IMG/VR virus record: IMGVR_UViG_3300045988_174698 | DNA: 64,000 nt | Source of the DNA: a virus | Reading direction: 5' to 3' (one strand) | Shown here: piece after piece, positions 1 through 9,944 of the stretch | How the letters are laid out: every line of letters starts with the position of its first letter | Position numbering within the stretch: the stretch's first letter is position 1 | Program-made: the position numbers and the translations under genes | Notes under the pieces: model-generated | Databases searched by the model: none | What the model was told of the DNA's origin: nothing | What the model saw: the letters and a program-made list of their open reading frames with translations, nothing else

Positions 1-160
1 TTTAGATTACCTAGTTCAGCAGTAATAATAGTACCTGTTTGTAAAAATTTTATTATTACATTATATGAATCAATATATTCTAGAATGATAAAATCTCCAG
101 AACTATTTGAAGTCATAATTTTATTTTCATAAATTTGTTTGTTATTTGTCATATATCATA
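1..160 (-). CDS. hypothetical protein, N-terminal part only (gene continues past window start)
   Basis: ATG at 160..158 on minus strand; frame open to position 1 (about 53 codons, MTNNKQIYENKIMTSNSSGDF...). Below the ORF-track length cutoff. Confidence 0.25.
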
Positions 161-327
161 ATATTTTAATTAAACATAGTACAAATATACAAATTCTTTT
201 TCAGACTCACAAACAAATTAGGTTCAAAACCTATGCGTTACACTGACTTAATATATTACTATTAAGTTTAGCACGGTATTAGCATCTCAGCCTTCACCGT
301 TTTTGATTTATTCTATTCTACTTATTT

Positions 328-816
328 CTAAGCAGACAGGCAGAATTCTACCTGCTCGTTCACTAACATTCCTGTCTCTTTATCATGCCCGTTCAACCAG
401 TTGAAAGTAGCCCAATCACCCTCATTAGCTGCCTGATCAACAATTTCATTAATCATTTGAGTAGTTTCAATTTCAAGATCTACGGTAATCTTAAAAGGAT
501 CTACCATATCTTCTACTTTCTTATCAAACTGCTCAATAGTAGGATAAATATACTCTGCATCGTTTTCATTTAAATATTTACGAATCCAGGAATGATGTAA
601 GTATTCTTCATCTGCTCTTTGTTTGTAATACTCTTCAAGAATAACAAATCCTCTAACACCAAAGTAATTTGCAAAATTCATATACGCATTATGATTTTGC
701 AATTCATGCTTAAGCTGACGAAGAAGTAGTTTTTGAATTTCAGCACTTAAAGTGCATTCACGCCTACTAACATCCTTTTTTTCTACAGGATCATTTGCCT
801 CATTTTTAATTATCAT
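328..816 (-). CDS. ferritin-like diiron-carboxylate protein (putative)
   Basis: 162-aa ORF from track. The segment LRQLKHELQNHNAYMNFANYF...EEYYKQRADEEYLHHSW resembles ferritin helix A/B (ExxY...YF...EEHA-like). TAG stop. Confidence 0.45.
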   Translation of the reverse strand: MIIKNEANDPVEKKDVSRRECTLSAEIQKLLLRQLKHELQNHNAYMNFANYFGVRGFVILEEYYKQRADEEYLHHSWIRKYLNENDAEYIYPTIEQFDKKVEDMVDPFKITVDLEIETTQMINEIVDQAANEGDWATFNWLNGHDKETGMLVNEQVEFCLSA

Positions 817-853
817 AAATTAGGTAATTTAAAGTATAAAACATTTCTGCTAT

Positions 854-1216
854 CTAGTAAATATGGATCCTATAACTCTCCTTATGAAAGTTAAAGTTAA
901 ATTGATTTTCTAATAACCAGTAAATATCAGAATATATTGTGAATTCATGATTATTAATTACAAATCTAAGATAAAAACTATCATAAGTAGTTAAATACCT
1001 AGTAATATCTTGTTCATTAAAATAGATAATATTTATACCCTCAAGTTCAATACCTAGATTCTCAAACTCTACTGTAAGTTCTTCACTTCCACAAACATCA
1101 ATGATAGATAAGTACCTGTCAGTTTTTTTGTCAAATCCATCAATATACCCTCTCATGTGATTAACACAAGGATACCAATGATTACCAACTCTTTTCAAAG
1201 TTAATTTCTTTTCCAT
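854..1216 (-). CDS. hypothetical protein
   Basis: 120-aa ORF from track, same strand and spacing as neighbours. Confidence 0.5.
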   Translation of the reverse strand: MEKKLTLKRVGNHWYPCVNHMRGYIDGFDKKTDRYLSIIDVCGSEELTVEFENLGIELEGINIIYFNEQDITRYLTTYDSFYLRFVINNHEFTIYSDIYWLLENQFNFNFHKESYRIHIY

Positions 1217-1218
1217 AG

Positions 1219-1689
1219 TTAATTCTGTTTAATATCTTCCTTTGGATTGATTACTGTTGCAGCAATATTAGCATAACAATCTGCAAGTTCATTAAATTTA
1301 TTATTATTGTGGCCTTTTAATCAAAAGAACTTTACTTTATGAAAGTGTAATAGATTAACTATTTTAACTCATAGATCCATATTCTTCTTTGAATTATCTT
1401 GCTCTGCAATTCATCTATATACATGACCATTGTTAATACTACTAACAATATAACTTGAATCAGAATATATTTCTAAATTCCTAGGTTCCTTAAAATATTC
1501 TAAGGAGTATAGAACTCCCATTAATTCTGCTCTATTGTTAGTAGTATGTATATAACCTTGATATAAAATCTTAATTACTTTGTTGTCCTCAGTAATTATA
1601 GAGGCATAACCCCCTTGGTCTGTTGTTGGTTTGTAACTTCCATCAGTATAGATTCTAATCATCAATAATTTCAGCATCGTCAAACTCAA
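1219..1689 (-). CDS. rnhA: ribonuclease HI, with three in-frame TGA codons read as Trp
   Basis: Track ORF 1411..1689 has DGS...GGY...TNNRAEL (RNase H motifs) and ends at TGA. Reading through TGA continues to TAA at 1219 and recovers the conserved C-terminus FFW(TGA)LKGHNNNKFNELADCYANIAA (W-V/L-K-G-H...NE.AD.LA of RNase HI). Confidence 0.7.
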
Positions 1690-1812
1690 TAACTCTTATA
1701 GTTCCCTTAAAGGCAGCCTCTCTAGAAACTAGAAAGTTATTAAAATCTTCTATAAATGCATCTTTGTTTTTATCTTCTATACTAATATAACCATTAAAAA
1801 TGATGTCAACCA

Positions 1813-2193
1813 TTACTCAACAAAATAATTGGAATTAAAAAGCTTAGGATTATGTCTTTTTAAAAGTTTCTTCTCCTTTTCTATCATAATACTCATGACT
1901 TCATCAGCATAGTCATTTCTACGACCTCCAAAGTTTTCAATAACATGAAACGGATTCTCTAAAGCATTACGCTCAGCAATCTTTCGACCAATAGCTTTAT
2001 TAAAGTTATCTACAGGCTGACATACTGCAAGTCCAAACTTAATAGTATGACTATTATCATCATAAACTGCAGCTATAGTATACCTACGACATGGTTTAAC
2101 ATCATAAACAACAGTTTTCTCAATAATAGGATTCACAGAAACAGTGCCTTGATATACAGGAGCACTGTAATAATACTTAACTACTCTACTCAT
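1813..2193 (-). CDS. hypothetical protein
   Basis: 126-aa ORF from track. Confidence 0.5.
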   Translation of the reverse strand: MSRVVKYYYSAPVYQGTVSVNPIIEKTVVYDVKPCRRYTIAAVYDDNSHTIKFGLAVCQPVDNFNKAIGRKIAERNALENPFHVIENFGGRRNDYADEVMSIMIEKEKKLLKRHNPKLFNSNYFVE

Positions 2194-2230
2194 ATCTTTC
2201 TTATTTTTTTATGATTTACATTTTAAATTG

Positions 2231-2479
2231 TTACTTCCTAGAAAGCTTACACCTCCATTTTTCTAGATTTTTACCAAATCTAGCATCAAATATATAATCA
2301 CAGTAACTATAATCATTAACTATTGTTCTAGGATTAGGAATATTACAATCAAAGTCTTTATCTTGAAGTTTAAAAAAATTACTTTTTAAGTAATTCTTTA
2401 TTCTTCTTTTAACAATTCGATGATAAATATTCTTTATACCTTTATCCTTGTAAACTGGAACCTTATAACTCTTTGACAT
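2231..2479 (-). CDS. hypothetical small basic protein
   Basis: 82-aa ORF, Lys/Arg rich. Confidence 0.4.
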   Translation of the reverse strand: MSKSYKVPVYKDKGIKNIYHRIVKRRIKNYLKSNFFKLQDKDFDCNIPNPRTIVNDYSYCDYIFDARFGKNLEKWRCKLSRK

Positions 2480-2501
2480 ATTAAGATAATATTAAATATA
2501 A

Positions 2502-3050
2502 TTAAGTTACTATATTTTTCATAAATGATATTCTAGCAATGTTTCGTAAATCACTAGATAATACTTTAACAACTATATCTTGTCGGCCATTTCTTTGATA
2601 ATAAGTATATAAAGACCTAGACTTATCTATACTCTTATTTGTTACCTTAGAATCAATTAGTTTAATTATGTCAGTTCGTCTACATACAATTCAATCTTTC
2701 TCTCCTTCAAATGCTATATAATCAGCCTTTCCAAATAGTCATCCAGGATTTCCTCGAACATTTTTTAGTTCTACTCAGTTGATATTATAATCTGGAGTAT
2801 TATCAGCTCTACGATTTTTTTTTGCGCTCTTGATGTCAAATGTAAAAGTTCTATTATTATATGTTCATATAATATCAATATGATCATACATATCTTGATA
2901 CTTAGATGGAATCTGAACAGTTCCTCCAACCTGAGATAGTAACAATTCAGAAAACTCAGATTCTTTTATCTTTCCTAATTTAGAGCAATCTATATATTTA
3001 TTCATAATTGTGACCCCATTTTTCAGCTTCTTCAAATGTACTAAAAACAA
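2502..3050 (-). CDS. hypothetical Trp-rich protein, TGA-recoded
   Basis: Track ORF 2865..3050 terminates at TGA. The frame continues through about 7 TGA codons to TAA at 2502..2504 (about 182 aa; ...SRKSWMTIWKGWLYSIW... uses both TGG and TGA). Confidence 0.45.
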
Positions 3051-3261
3051 GATATTCTGGAATCATTGTTACTATATCTTCAAAAGCATAAAATATATGA
3101 GGACCAGAATCTAAATATGAGACTATAATATCCTTAACTGTTCTAGGAGTAGTATCTACAGTATAAGTATCTACAAAAACTCCTGCTTCAAATTGATGGG
3201 TCTTTTGACAAATAAATACTGTCTGCCCAATATCAAATTTGGTTTCTATACTAATTTTCAT
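2998..3261 (-). CDS. hypothetical protein
   Basis: 87-aa ORF, TAA stop; start overlaps the downstream gene. Confidence 0.45.
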   Translation of the reverse strand: MKISIETKFDIGQTVFICQKTHQFEAGVFVDTYTVDTTPRTVKDIIVSYLDSGPHIFYAFEDIVTMIPEYLVFSTFEEAEKWGHNYE

Positions 3262-3262
3262 T

Positions 3263-3871
3263 TTAGTTATCTATTATTTCAATATATCTCTGTTTAGGAG
3301 TAGTAACGTAAGGATTTTGATCTATAATAATAACTTCTATAACAGTATGTTTTCTAGTAAACCATCGTGGTAGAAACCATTTTCGTGGTTTAATAGGTTC
3401 TTTATGAGAACTTAGAGTTATATACTTTTCATTATTATACTCATTACTTAAAGCTATTGTTCCTGGATAGGAAAGGTGTAGACAACTTCTGTTTCATTTA
3501 TCTACAATACAAGTATCTAACACAAACCCAGGTTCTCTAAATATTGTATCTCTAATAACAATAGTATCTTTCTTAGAAAAATGTTCTAATTGATATTGTA
3601 ACGCTTTAATTTTATTATCCTTAACTTTGTTCTCATTAGCTACTTTTTTCATTTTAAGCATTAAAGAATCGCTAAAGTATTCTAATTGCTCAATTGAAAG
3701 CTTAAATACACGATTACTTTCTTTTAATCATGAATTTTCCGCAGCATATGCTTTTTCATTATTTATAGAATTATCTAACGCAATATTCAGATTTCTAATT
3801 TTATTGGTCATAAAAATTATAGCCAATACAAGTAAAGTATAACTTAATATTCTTAAAATTATTTTTTTCAT
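3263..3871 (-). CDS. hypothetical membrane-anchored protein, TGA-recoded
   Basis: ATG at 3871 overlaps the TAA of the upstream gene (TAATG). N-terminal hydrophobic helix MKKIILRILSYTLLVLAIIF. Two in-frame TGA. TAA at 3263. About 202 aa. Plus-strand ORF 3627..3842 is its shadow. Confidence 0.5.
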
Positions 3872-4224
3872 TATATTAATTCTCTGTTAAAAGTTGAAAC
3901 TACAAAACTTCGGAATAGAATTAAATCTTCTAGAGCATTATCTAACGATGCTACTTGTTTTTTAACTCTTAAATATTTTTCAGTAATAATTTGTATAATA
4001 TTTTTAATATCTCTAATAGAACAAGGATCGTATTCAAACATACATAATCTTCTATTTAAAACACCAATAGGCTCATTTGTTAAAATTATAGGAATTCTCT
4101 TGTTAGATTGAATTTTTATAACAAAAGGAATAGATCCAAGGTCTACTAATAATTTTAGATATCTTATATCTACATTATTTGGAAATATAAATCCTGCCTG
4201 TTTAAGATTTCTAGTAATTAACAT
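3871..4224 (-). CDS. hypothetical protein
   Basis: 117-aa ORF from track. Confidence 0.5.
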   Translation of the reverse strand: MLITRNLKQAGFIFPNNVDIRYLKLLVDLGSIPFVIKIQSNKRIPIILTNEPIGVLNRRLCMFEYDPCSIRDIKNIIQIITEKYLRVKKQVASLDNALEDLILFRSFVVSTFNRELI

Positions 4225-4267
4225 AGTATTAAAAAATAAGGCATTAGAAAACTAATGCCTTAATATT

Positions 4268-4837
4268 TTATTGTTTATTAACAGTGTATCCATGATGTTC
4301 TAAAACTAGTTTACATAAGTTTAAGTACTCTTCTACAGTTAAATCACTTTTAGAATAATTAGCTGCAGGAGTTGTAATACCTAAATTTGATAAATCATTC
4401 GACCCGCCTTTAGAAACTGGTATTATATGATCAAAACAATAATCATCTTTTTCTAAATCAATAGGAGTGCCTGTTAAATAGCACTTTGTTTTTGTGCCAA
4501 ATTTATTAATAATATCTAAAGTCTTAATTTTATTTAAACTCTTCATTCCTCTATTTTGAAAATGTTCAATATATCTCCTTAAACGTTTACGTCATGTTCT
4601 ATTAGAGATTCTTCTACATCCATGAGAGATTCTAGCACAAAAAGTACATAGTCTAGATTTAATTCTCCCCTTAAGTGTATTACGTCATAATGAAGTAGAT
4701 TTTCGTTGTTTACTATTAGTTATATCATTACAATAATATCCAACAATACTTTTGCTACATCCAAGTATCTTAGCAATTTCATTATAACTTTTATTATCAC
4801 TTCTTAAAATAAGAATTTGTTCCTTTAACTTACTCAT
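4268..4837 (-). CDS. HNH homing-endonuclease-like protein with N-terminal HTH, TGA-recoded
   Basis: ATG at 4837; two in-frame TGA (W); TAA at 4268 (189 aa). N-terminus SYNEIAKILGCSKSIVGYY is an HTH. C-terminus CYLTGTPID...DHIIPVSKGGSNDLSNL is an HNH motif. Lies immediately 3' of the intron-containing tRNA. Confidence 0.65.
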
Positions 4838-4851
4838 AATCAACTTATTAG

Positions 4852-5289
4852 CACGAGCTCTCCGATTCGAACAGAGACCGTAGGGTTTGGAGCCCTACAA
4901 TACGGTTTTGCTTACCACTATAGTTTTCACTACCAGTTTTACTGTTTGTAGTCTGGACTATATCAGCTTGATATACAAGTGTGGCATTTAGTCTCTACAC
5001 ATTTATAGAGTAAAGTAGGATACATAGAGAAGTGTACGGCTTTAATTTTCGACCTACTAAGCACTCCGCCTATTTTACACGGCATAAACAGCCTATGTTC
5101 TCTACTGTATTTTACTCTAATTTAGCTCGGTATTATCAGCTATCCATATTTCAGGACCTTAGACTTTCTTAGAAAGCTGATTCGCATGATTTTTATCATC
5201 TTATTTCGCTTTTACCGAATTTGCCACAATTTTCACGCCAAGCGTGCTCCAATTCGAAGACCGCTGTGCTACCATTACACTAAGCTCGC
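4852..5289 (-). tRNA. tRNA gene interrupted by a group I intron; spliced product predicted about 92 nt with anticodon UCA (opal-reading, Trp-type candidate) and a long extra arm
   Basis: 5' exon 5257..5289: GCGAGCT-TA-GTGT-AATGGTA-GCAC-A-GCGGT-CTT. 3' exon 4852..4910: CAAA-ACCGT-[ATTGTAGGGCTCCAAACCCTACGGT]-CTCTG-TTCGAAT-CGGAG-AGCTCGT-G. The only junction satisfying group I rules (5' exon ends in U, intron ends in G) gives anticodon loop CUUCAAA. Anticodon stem GCGGU/ACCGU is formed exon-to-exon. Alternative reading of the extra arm as a CCA anticodon arm is noted in findings. Confidence 0.55.
4911..5256 (-). mobile_element. group I intron (ORF-less, about 346 nt) inside tRNA gene at anticodon position 34/35
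   Basis: Minus-strand core elements: R-like GTGTAGAGACTAAATG (plus 4985..5000) and S-like GATATAGTCCAGAC (plus 4951..4964) in the correct order, pairing GACTA/TAGTC (P7). No ORF in either orientation. Flanked by tRNA halves. Confidence 0.6.
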
Positions 5290-5358
5290 ATTTATTATCT
5301 TTAGTTATACAGCAAAGATAACAAAAATCTGTGAACAATCAAAAATTTAATTAACAAA

Positions 5359-6564
5359 TTATAAAGAAAATTTGCGAATTTTGGTTAAATAAATCTCTTT
5401 ACGATATTGGTTAACTCCACCATAGTCACCATAACTCATCTGCACTTTACGAAGATGGTATAGCTTACCTCCCTCTAATTTTAATTTATCTGCTATATCC
5501 TTTGGAAAAGTAAAATCAATAACCTTGTCAACTGTTATTTTTTTATAGTTACTATCCTTTGAATTTATAACATATATTAAGAAAGCACTTAATATAAGCA
5601 GGTACCACTTAATTTCAGAGTAATCTGTAGTGGGTCTTAAAAATCTGAATTCTACAGTTTTATGGGCATCACCTGAAATTAAATGCATTATATTCATATT
5701 AAAATATCTACCGTGCACTTCCCACTTACGCTCCTCTGTTGAATCATATGAATTAGGTAAATAAAAACTTTGGTCATCATTATACTTATTACCAGTGAAC
5801 CTTTTGTAGAATGTAGGGAGAGATGCAATACTCGGAAAAGGTTTATTGTAAGCTTTACCATTACTTTTATAGCGTTCTGTATAGTAACTATATCTTGGTA
5901 TGTACATACTAATAGACCATTGAAAATGGCACCAGAACTTACACAGACGATTAATATAACTATTATTAATTGGAAAGTTACCAAAATGAATATGCAAAGA
6001 GCAGTTTTTATCGTAAAACGTGTATCTTTCAAGCAGTTTCAAATGCTGTTTAATAATAGGTAAATCTATATGTGTTAATGGAAAAGTTACATATTCATGC
6101 CCATTAATTGAACCATCATACAGTGGTACTAGATTTGTATCAATACAACTTAACCAAGGTATGTTTCCTGCGGATGTTTCATATTCAAGGCCAAAGGTAA
6201 AGTCTTCAATATATGTAAATTCTTTATCAGGTATTAATTTAATATACTTAGGTTTTAAAGATAGTTTTGAAAAATTGTAACATCTATCTATTGGATAATT
6301 AAACACATATTTAGAATCTGTAATGATATTATTAGATAGTTTTAAATCTATCGTATAGCAACAAATATTATTTACCCAATATAATGGTATTTTGCAGTTC
6401 TCGCGTCTTTCCAAATAGGTAATTTTCCCTTCTATTACTAGAGGAATATTTAGTGGGTCTATTTCAAAATAACCATATTCTATATATGCGTAATCAATAT
6501 AGATCACACCTCTTAGTAAGGTATCTCCAGTTTCCCACCTTTTTTTAGTATTATTGTACAGCAT
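5359..6564 (-). CDS. COOH-NH2 amidoligase (glutamine-synthetase-fold, amidoligase_2-like)
   Basis: 401-aa ORF. Motifs GLEYETS, SLHIHFG and VEFRFL match the GxExE...HxH...EFR pattern of phage amidoligases. All Trp encoded by TGG, no TGA. Confidence 0.55.
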   Translation of the reverse strand: MLYNNTKKRWETGDTLLRGVIYIDYAYIEYGYFEIDPLNIPLVIEGKITYLERRENCKIPLYWVNNICCYTIDLKLSNNIITDSKYVFNYPIDRCYNFSKLSLKPKYIKLIPDKEFTYIEDFTFGLEYETSAGNIPWLSCIDTNLVPLYDGSINGHEYVTFPLTHIDLPIIKQHLKLLERYTFYDKNCSLHIHFGNFPINNSYINRLCKFWCHFQWSISMYIPRYSYYTERYKSNGKAYNKPFPSIASLPTFYKRFTGNKYNDDQSFYLPNSYDSTEERKWEVHGRYFNMNIMHLISGDAHKTVEFRFLRPTTDYSEIKWYLLILSAFLIYVINSKDSNYKKITVDKVIDFTFPKDIADKLKLEGGKLYHLRKVQMSYGDYGGVNQYRKEIYLTKIRKFSL

Positions 6565-7873
6565 CTAAATTAACAAGTCTATTAGTTATAAACTGTAAAA
6601 TCTGTGTTTCTAGTACTTCAAAATCGAATGTTGTATTTTCTGCATTATTCTTGAAAATTTCAAAAGCGCTAGGAGCATAGGTATATGTTGTAGAACTTAC
6701 TCCATCTTTTACATTAACTTTATCAGGAGCATTAAATAGAGTAACATATGATCCTTCCATGTACTTCATATAATTGAAGTCTTTGTCAACAGTAGTTAAG
6801 ACACCATTAATAATTCGAGGATTATATGCAAAGTAATCAATAACTTCGGGACAATAAACAGAAAGAACATCATTTGTAAAAAGGTCATCTATATTTTCAA
6901 GGAAATCATAACTTTCTTTATTGGGTAACAATCGCCCATAGAAGAAGTAGAAAGTATGTCTATATGCGTTAGAGCTGGCATATGCTTCGGGTACTAAATG
7001 CCCAGAAGGATAAGCTAGATACATACCGTGTGCTGGAATTTCATTTAACATATACGTACCTGTAGTTTGACTGTAATATAAGTTATTAGAGGTATATGCT
7101 GGGGAATTATCCTTATAAGAAGCACCATATACTGGTATGCAAAGGGTTCTCCTTAATTTTTCACGATTAATATTTCTAATACAGTAAACCTTGTTATCCT
7201 TAATTCGGCATAACTTATTTACAGGAAATTCATAGATTGTTTTTTTACAGTTGATGGAATATAGAGAAGCATACATCGACGAAAAATAAAGTTTACCCTC
7301 GTTAATCATATAAACTAAAGGTCGCTCAGATTTTGTTTTGTTTTCATTATAACAAGAGCTCCCTTTGAACATGAGTACTTCTGGAGTCAAAGATCTATAA
7401 TCTACCATTATAAGAACAGCACAACCTGTATATTCTTCTAGAACATCATATCCATGTTCATAAATAATTTCTGCCAAAATTTGAGAATCAGACATACCAA
7501 GAGTATTAGGTTCTGGAAGATATTTATTAGATAATTCTCCAATATTAAGAATAGTACCATTATGCATTAGTACAAACTCAATTTTGTTACCACGTCTAAT
7601 AACAACTGGCTGAGCCTGATCTAAATTCACAGGATATCCAGGAGAGGCCTTTCGACAATGTAATAAAGCAATAGAAGCTGACTTTGGATAATTTATACTA
7701 GTAGTAAAGTTCCTAAATAATTTTCTGTCACTGACTCCATATTCTACCTTACCATCAATAAAAATACCACAACTATCTCCCCCTCTTTCATCGTTTAGGG
7801 TTCCAAGTATATTAAAGTGGTTTATGTTAAATTCAGTCTTTTCAGTAGAAATTATTCCAGCTAGTCCGCACAT
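6551..7873 (-). CDS. class II (Ntn) glutamine amidotransferase domain protein with long C-terminal extension
   Basis: 440-aa ORF beginning MCGLAGI (catalytic Cys2 of GAT-II/Ntn hydrolases). Contains no Trp codon at all. Confidence 0.55.
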   Translation of the reverse strand: MCGLAGIISTEKTEFNINHFNILGTLNDERGGDSCGIFIDGKVEYGVSDRKLFRNFTTSINYPKSASIALLHCRKASPGYPVNLDQAQPVVIRRGNKIEFVLMHNGTILNIGELSNKYLPEPNTLGMSDSQILAEIIYEHGYDVLEEYTGCAVLIMVDYRSLTPEVLMFKGSSCYNENKTKSERPLVYMINEGKLYFSSMYASLYSINCKKTIYEFPVNKLCRIKDNKVYCIRNINREKLRRTLCIPVYGASYKDNSPAYTSNNLYYSQTTGTYMLNEIPAHGMYLAYPSGHLVPEAYASSNAYRHTFYFFYGRLLPNKESYDFLENIDDLFTNDVLSVYCPEVIDYFAYNPRIINGVLTTVDKDFNYMKYMEGSYVTLFNAPDKVNVKDGVSSTTYTYAPSAFEIFKNNAENTTFDFEVLETQILQFITNRLVNLDAVQ

Positions 7874-8652
7874 ATTCCATAAAGTTTAATTAGATGTTCT
7901 GCCAGTACTTTATTAGATGTATTAATACACTTTTGAACTAAATCTCCTTCTGGCAAAGGAAATCCTTCATTAAACATATCTACAGCTAACATAGTTTGTT
8001 TATAAATCATTGGAAGGTATTTGTCATTAAGCATAAAGCTACTTAGACATCTTGCTTCTACTCCCCACTCAGGACAACGGAAACTTCCTGCTTGACCATA
8101 TAGAGTTCTTCTAAAAGTATCTCTATCATATAATACAGAAGGAACTCCACAGCATAGATCAAAGAACTTAATAAGCTTAACAGATGTATCAAAATTAGGG
8201 TTATCATATCCTATGTGAATGTGTGAACCTGCCACTCTTCTATTATCAGGATAACCTTGTGGCTTATCGTTTTCACACTCTGTATAAGCATCATAATCAC
8301 TAGAACATCCAATTTCATTTGCTTTAGGATCAAGTAATTGATCTTCAGGCACGGGCATAGATGCACTACAACAAATATCAAGATTGTTATCGAATTGTTT
8401 AACCCAATTACGAATCCAATCTTTCATATATTTAATAGAATCTACAAATTCATTACTAGAAGTACAAGGTGGGATATTAAATTCTCCTAAAATACAGTCA
8501 ATCTCCACACCAAATCCTTTTGGCATGCCTTTAGTATATGGTTTACCTTTTTCTCCTGGAATTATTCCAATTGCAGATACTACTTGGTTTGTTTTTGTAT
8601 TAAAAATAAATAACTCGGGGTCTGCTCCAACTGTAATATTTTTAATTTTCAT
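7861..8652 (-). CDS. hypothetical protein, possible second amidoligase/GCS2-like enzyme
   Basis: 263-aa ORF. N-terminal GADPELF and internal GSHIHIGYD are loosely amidoligase-like. Overlaps neighbours by a few nt, consistent with an operon. Confidence 0.4.
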   Translation of the reverse strand: MKIKNITVGADPELFIFNTKTNQVVSAIGIIPGEKGKPYTKGMPKGFGVEIDCILGEFNIPPCTSSNEFVDSIKYMKDWIRNWVKQFDNNLDICCSASMPVPEDQLLDPKANEIGCSSDYDAYTECENDKPQGYPDNRRVAGSHIHIGYDNPNFDTSVKLIKFFDLCCGVPSVLYDRDTFRRTLYGQAGSFRCPEWGVEARCLSSFMLNDKYLPMIYKQTMLAVDMFNEGFPLPEGDLVQKCINTSNKVLAEHLIKLYGICAD

Positions 8653-9289
8653 CTGCTATTAATTTATCAATTATTTCATTTATTCTTATAACAATTGGTG
8701 ATTCAGGTCTCATATATTCAGGATGTCCTTGGATAGCCAAACACTTTGGAAGATTTGGTCTGTCATACAAAACAATTTCAGGTTCACAAGGAGGAGACAT
8801 AACATTATCTCCCTCATATATACTTGACCGATGACTAGTTGAATAAAACAAACATGTCCAATACTTATATGGTATTATAAATGGATACTGCATTTGATGG
8901 TGTGTACTGGTAATTTCATACATTTTATTCGTACTTATCTCTGTAATAGAGTGAGTTATTCGAATAGCATGATTTTCCACATTCTGAATAAGTATGCCAC
9001 CATTCATAATACATAAATATTGACTGCCTCGGCAGATCCCCACAGCTAACTGATCAGGTCTGATTTTCTCAAATTCTTTCTTTTCTGCGAGATCCCTTTG
9101 TAAATTAGCACAAGTAGTAGGATGAGGTTTACAGTTATACAAAGAAGGGTGTACATCTTCTCCACCTGTAAAAATAACAATATCTGCATCGTTAATATCA
9201 TCTACTAGCTCACGCTTAGTAATAAAATTAGCATAGTGTACTTGATTACCAACGACATATACTTTTTTTGTTTTTAGCATAGTATTCAT
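8642..9289 (-). CDS. class I glutamine amidotransferase-like / gamma-glutamyl hydrolase-like protein (putative)
   Basis: 215-aa ORF. ADIVIFTGGEDVHPSLY resembles GATase1/peptidase C26 nucleophile-elbow context. Weak. Confidence 0.4.
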   Translation of the reverse strand: MNTMLKTKKVYVVGNQVHYANFITKRELVDDINDADIVIFTGGEDVHPSLYNCKPHPTTCANLQRDLAEKKEFEKIRPDQLAVGICRGSQYLCIMNGGILIQNVENHAIRITHSITEISTNKMYEITSTHHQMQYPFIIPYKYWTCLFYSTSHRSSIYEGDNVMSPPCEPEIVLYDRPNLPKCLAIQGHPEYMRPESPIVIRINEIIDKLIADEN

Positions 9290-9944
9290 TCGCTATAAAA
9301 TTAATTCCCTTGACAATTTGAGGTAATTGCTTCGAGTTAAATACTCGAAGCAAATGGCACAAACTATTATGTTCAGCCATAATCCTACAAAAACTTTCAC
9401 TATAGTTAAAGTCCCTTCTAATTAAATTAAACTGGCACTTAGGATTAATGTTATAAAATGTTAGGTTATCTAATCCTGGGCAATGACATCTTCTTCCATC
9501 ATGAAACAATGTAATATAAAGTTGCATAATTTGAGTAATATCCAATTCTGGAAAGTTTGCTCTATTTTGCCATGCAGAGTATAATAATAACCAAAACGGA
9601 TTTTCGTATACATATCTAATATACATAGCACTATAGACAAAGAATCTATTGTCAGGAGCACACCTAATTTGTAATTTGTATGAATGTGTACTCTTTACAA
9701 GTGATATTAATGTAAACCCCAGTAGTCTTGAGATTTCCTTAAAGTACTCAATTAATGTTTTCGTATCAAATGTACAGTAGTTAAGCTGAACTTGTCTACT
9801 TCGAGGCCATATAATAGTAGCATAATAATAACCATTAAATTCACCTTGAGAACATCCCCTACTAAAACAAGCCATATTTTCATAAAAGTAATTACCAGCA
9901 TAGTAATTACATTTATATTCTTTTCCTCTAAAATCTAGTATCAT
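9246..9944 (-). CDS. hypothetical protein
   Basis: 232-aa ORF, Cys/Tyr-rich. Confidence 0.45.
   Translation of the reverse strand: MILDFRGKEYKCNYYAGNYFYENMACFSRGCSQGEFNGYYYATIIWPRSRQVQLNYCTFDTKTLIEYFKEISRLLGFTLISLVKSTHSYKLQIRCAPDNRFFVYSAMYIRYVYENPFWLLLYSAWQNRANFPELDITQIMQLYITLFHDGRRCHCPGLDNLTFYNINPKCQFNLIRRDFNYSESFCRIMAEHNSLCHLLRVFNSKQLPQIVKGINFIANEYYAKNKKSICRW

Noticed and set aside
4852-5289. tmRNA (tRNA-like ends about 430 nt apart) or tRNA-Sec (UCA anticodon plus long extra arm)
   Set aside because: The internal sequence contains group I R/S core motifs, and the exon ends join into a continuous cloverleaf. The acceptor lacks G3-U70 and no tag reading frame is evident. D arm 4 bp / 7-nt loop and 7-bp acceptor do not fit tRNA-Sec.
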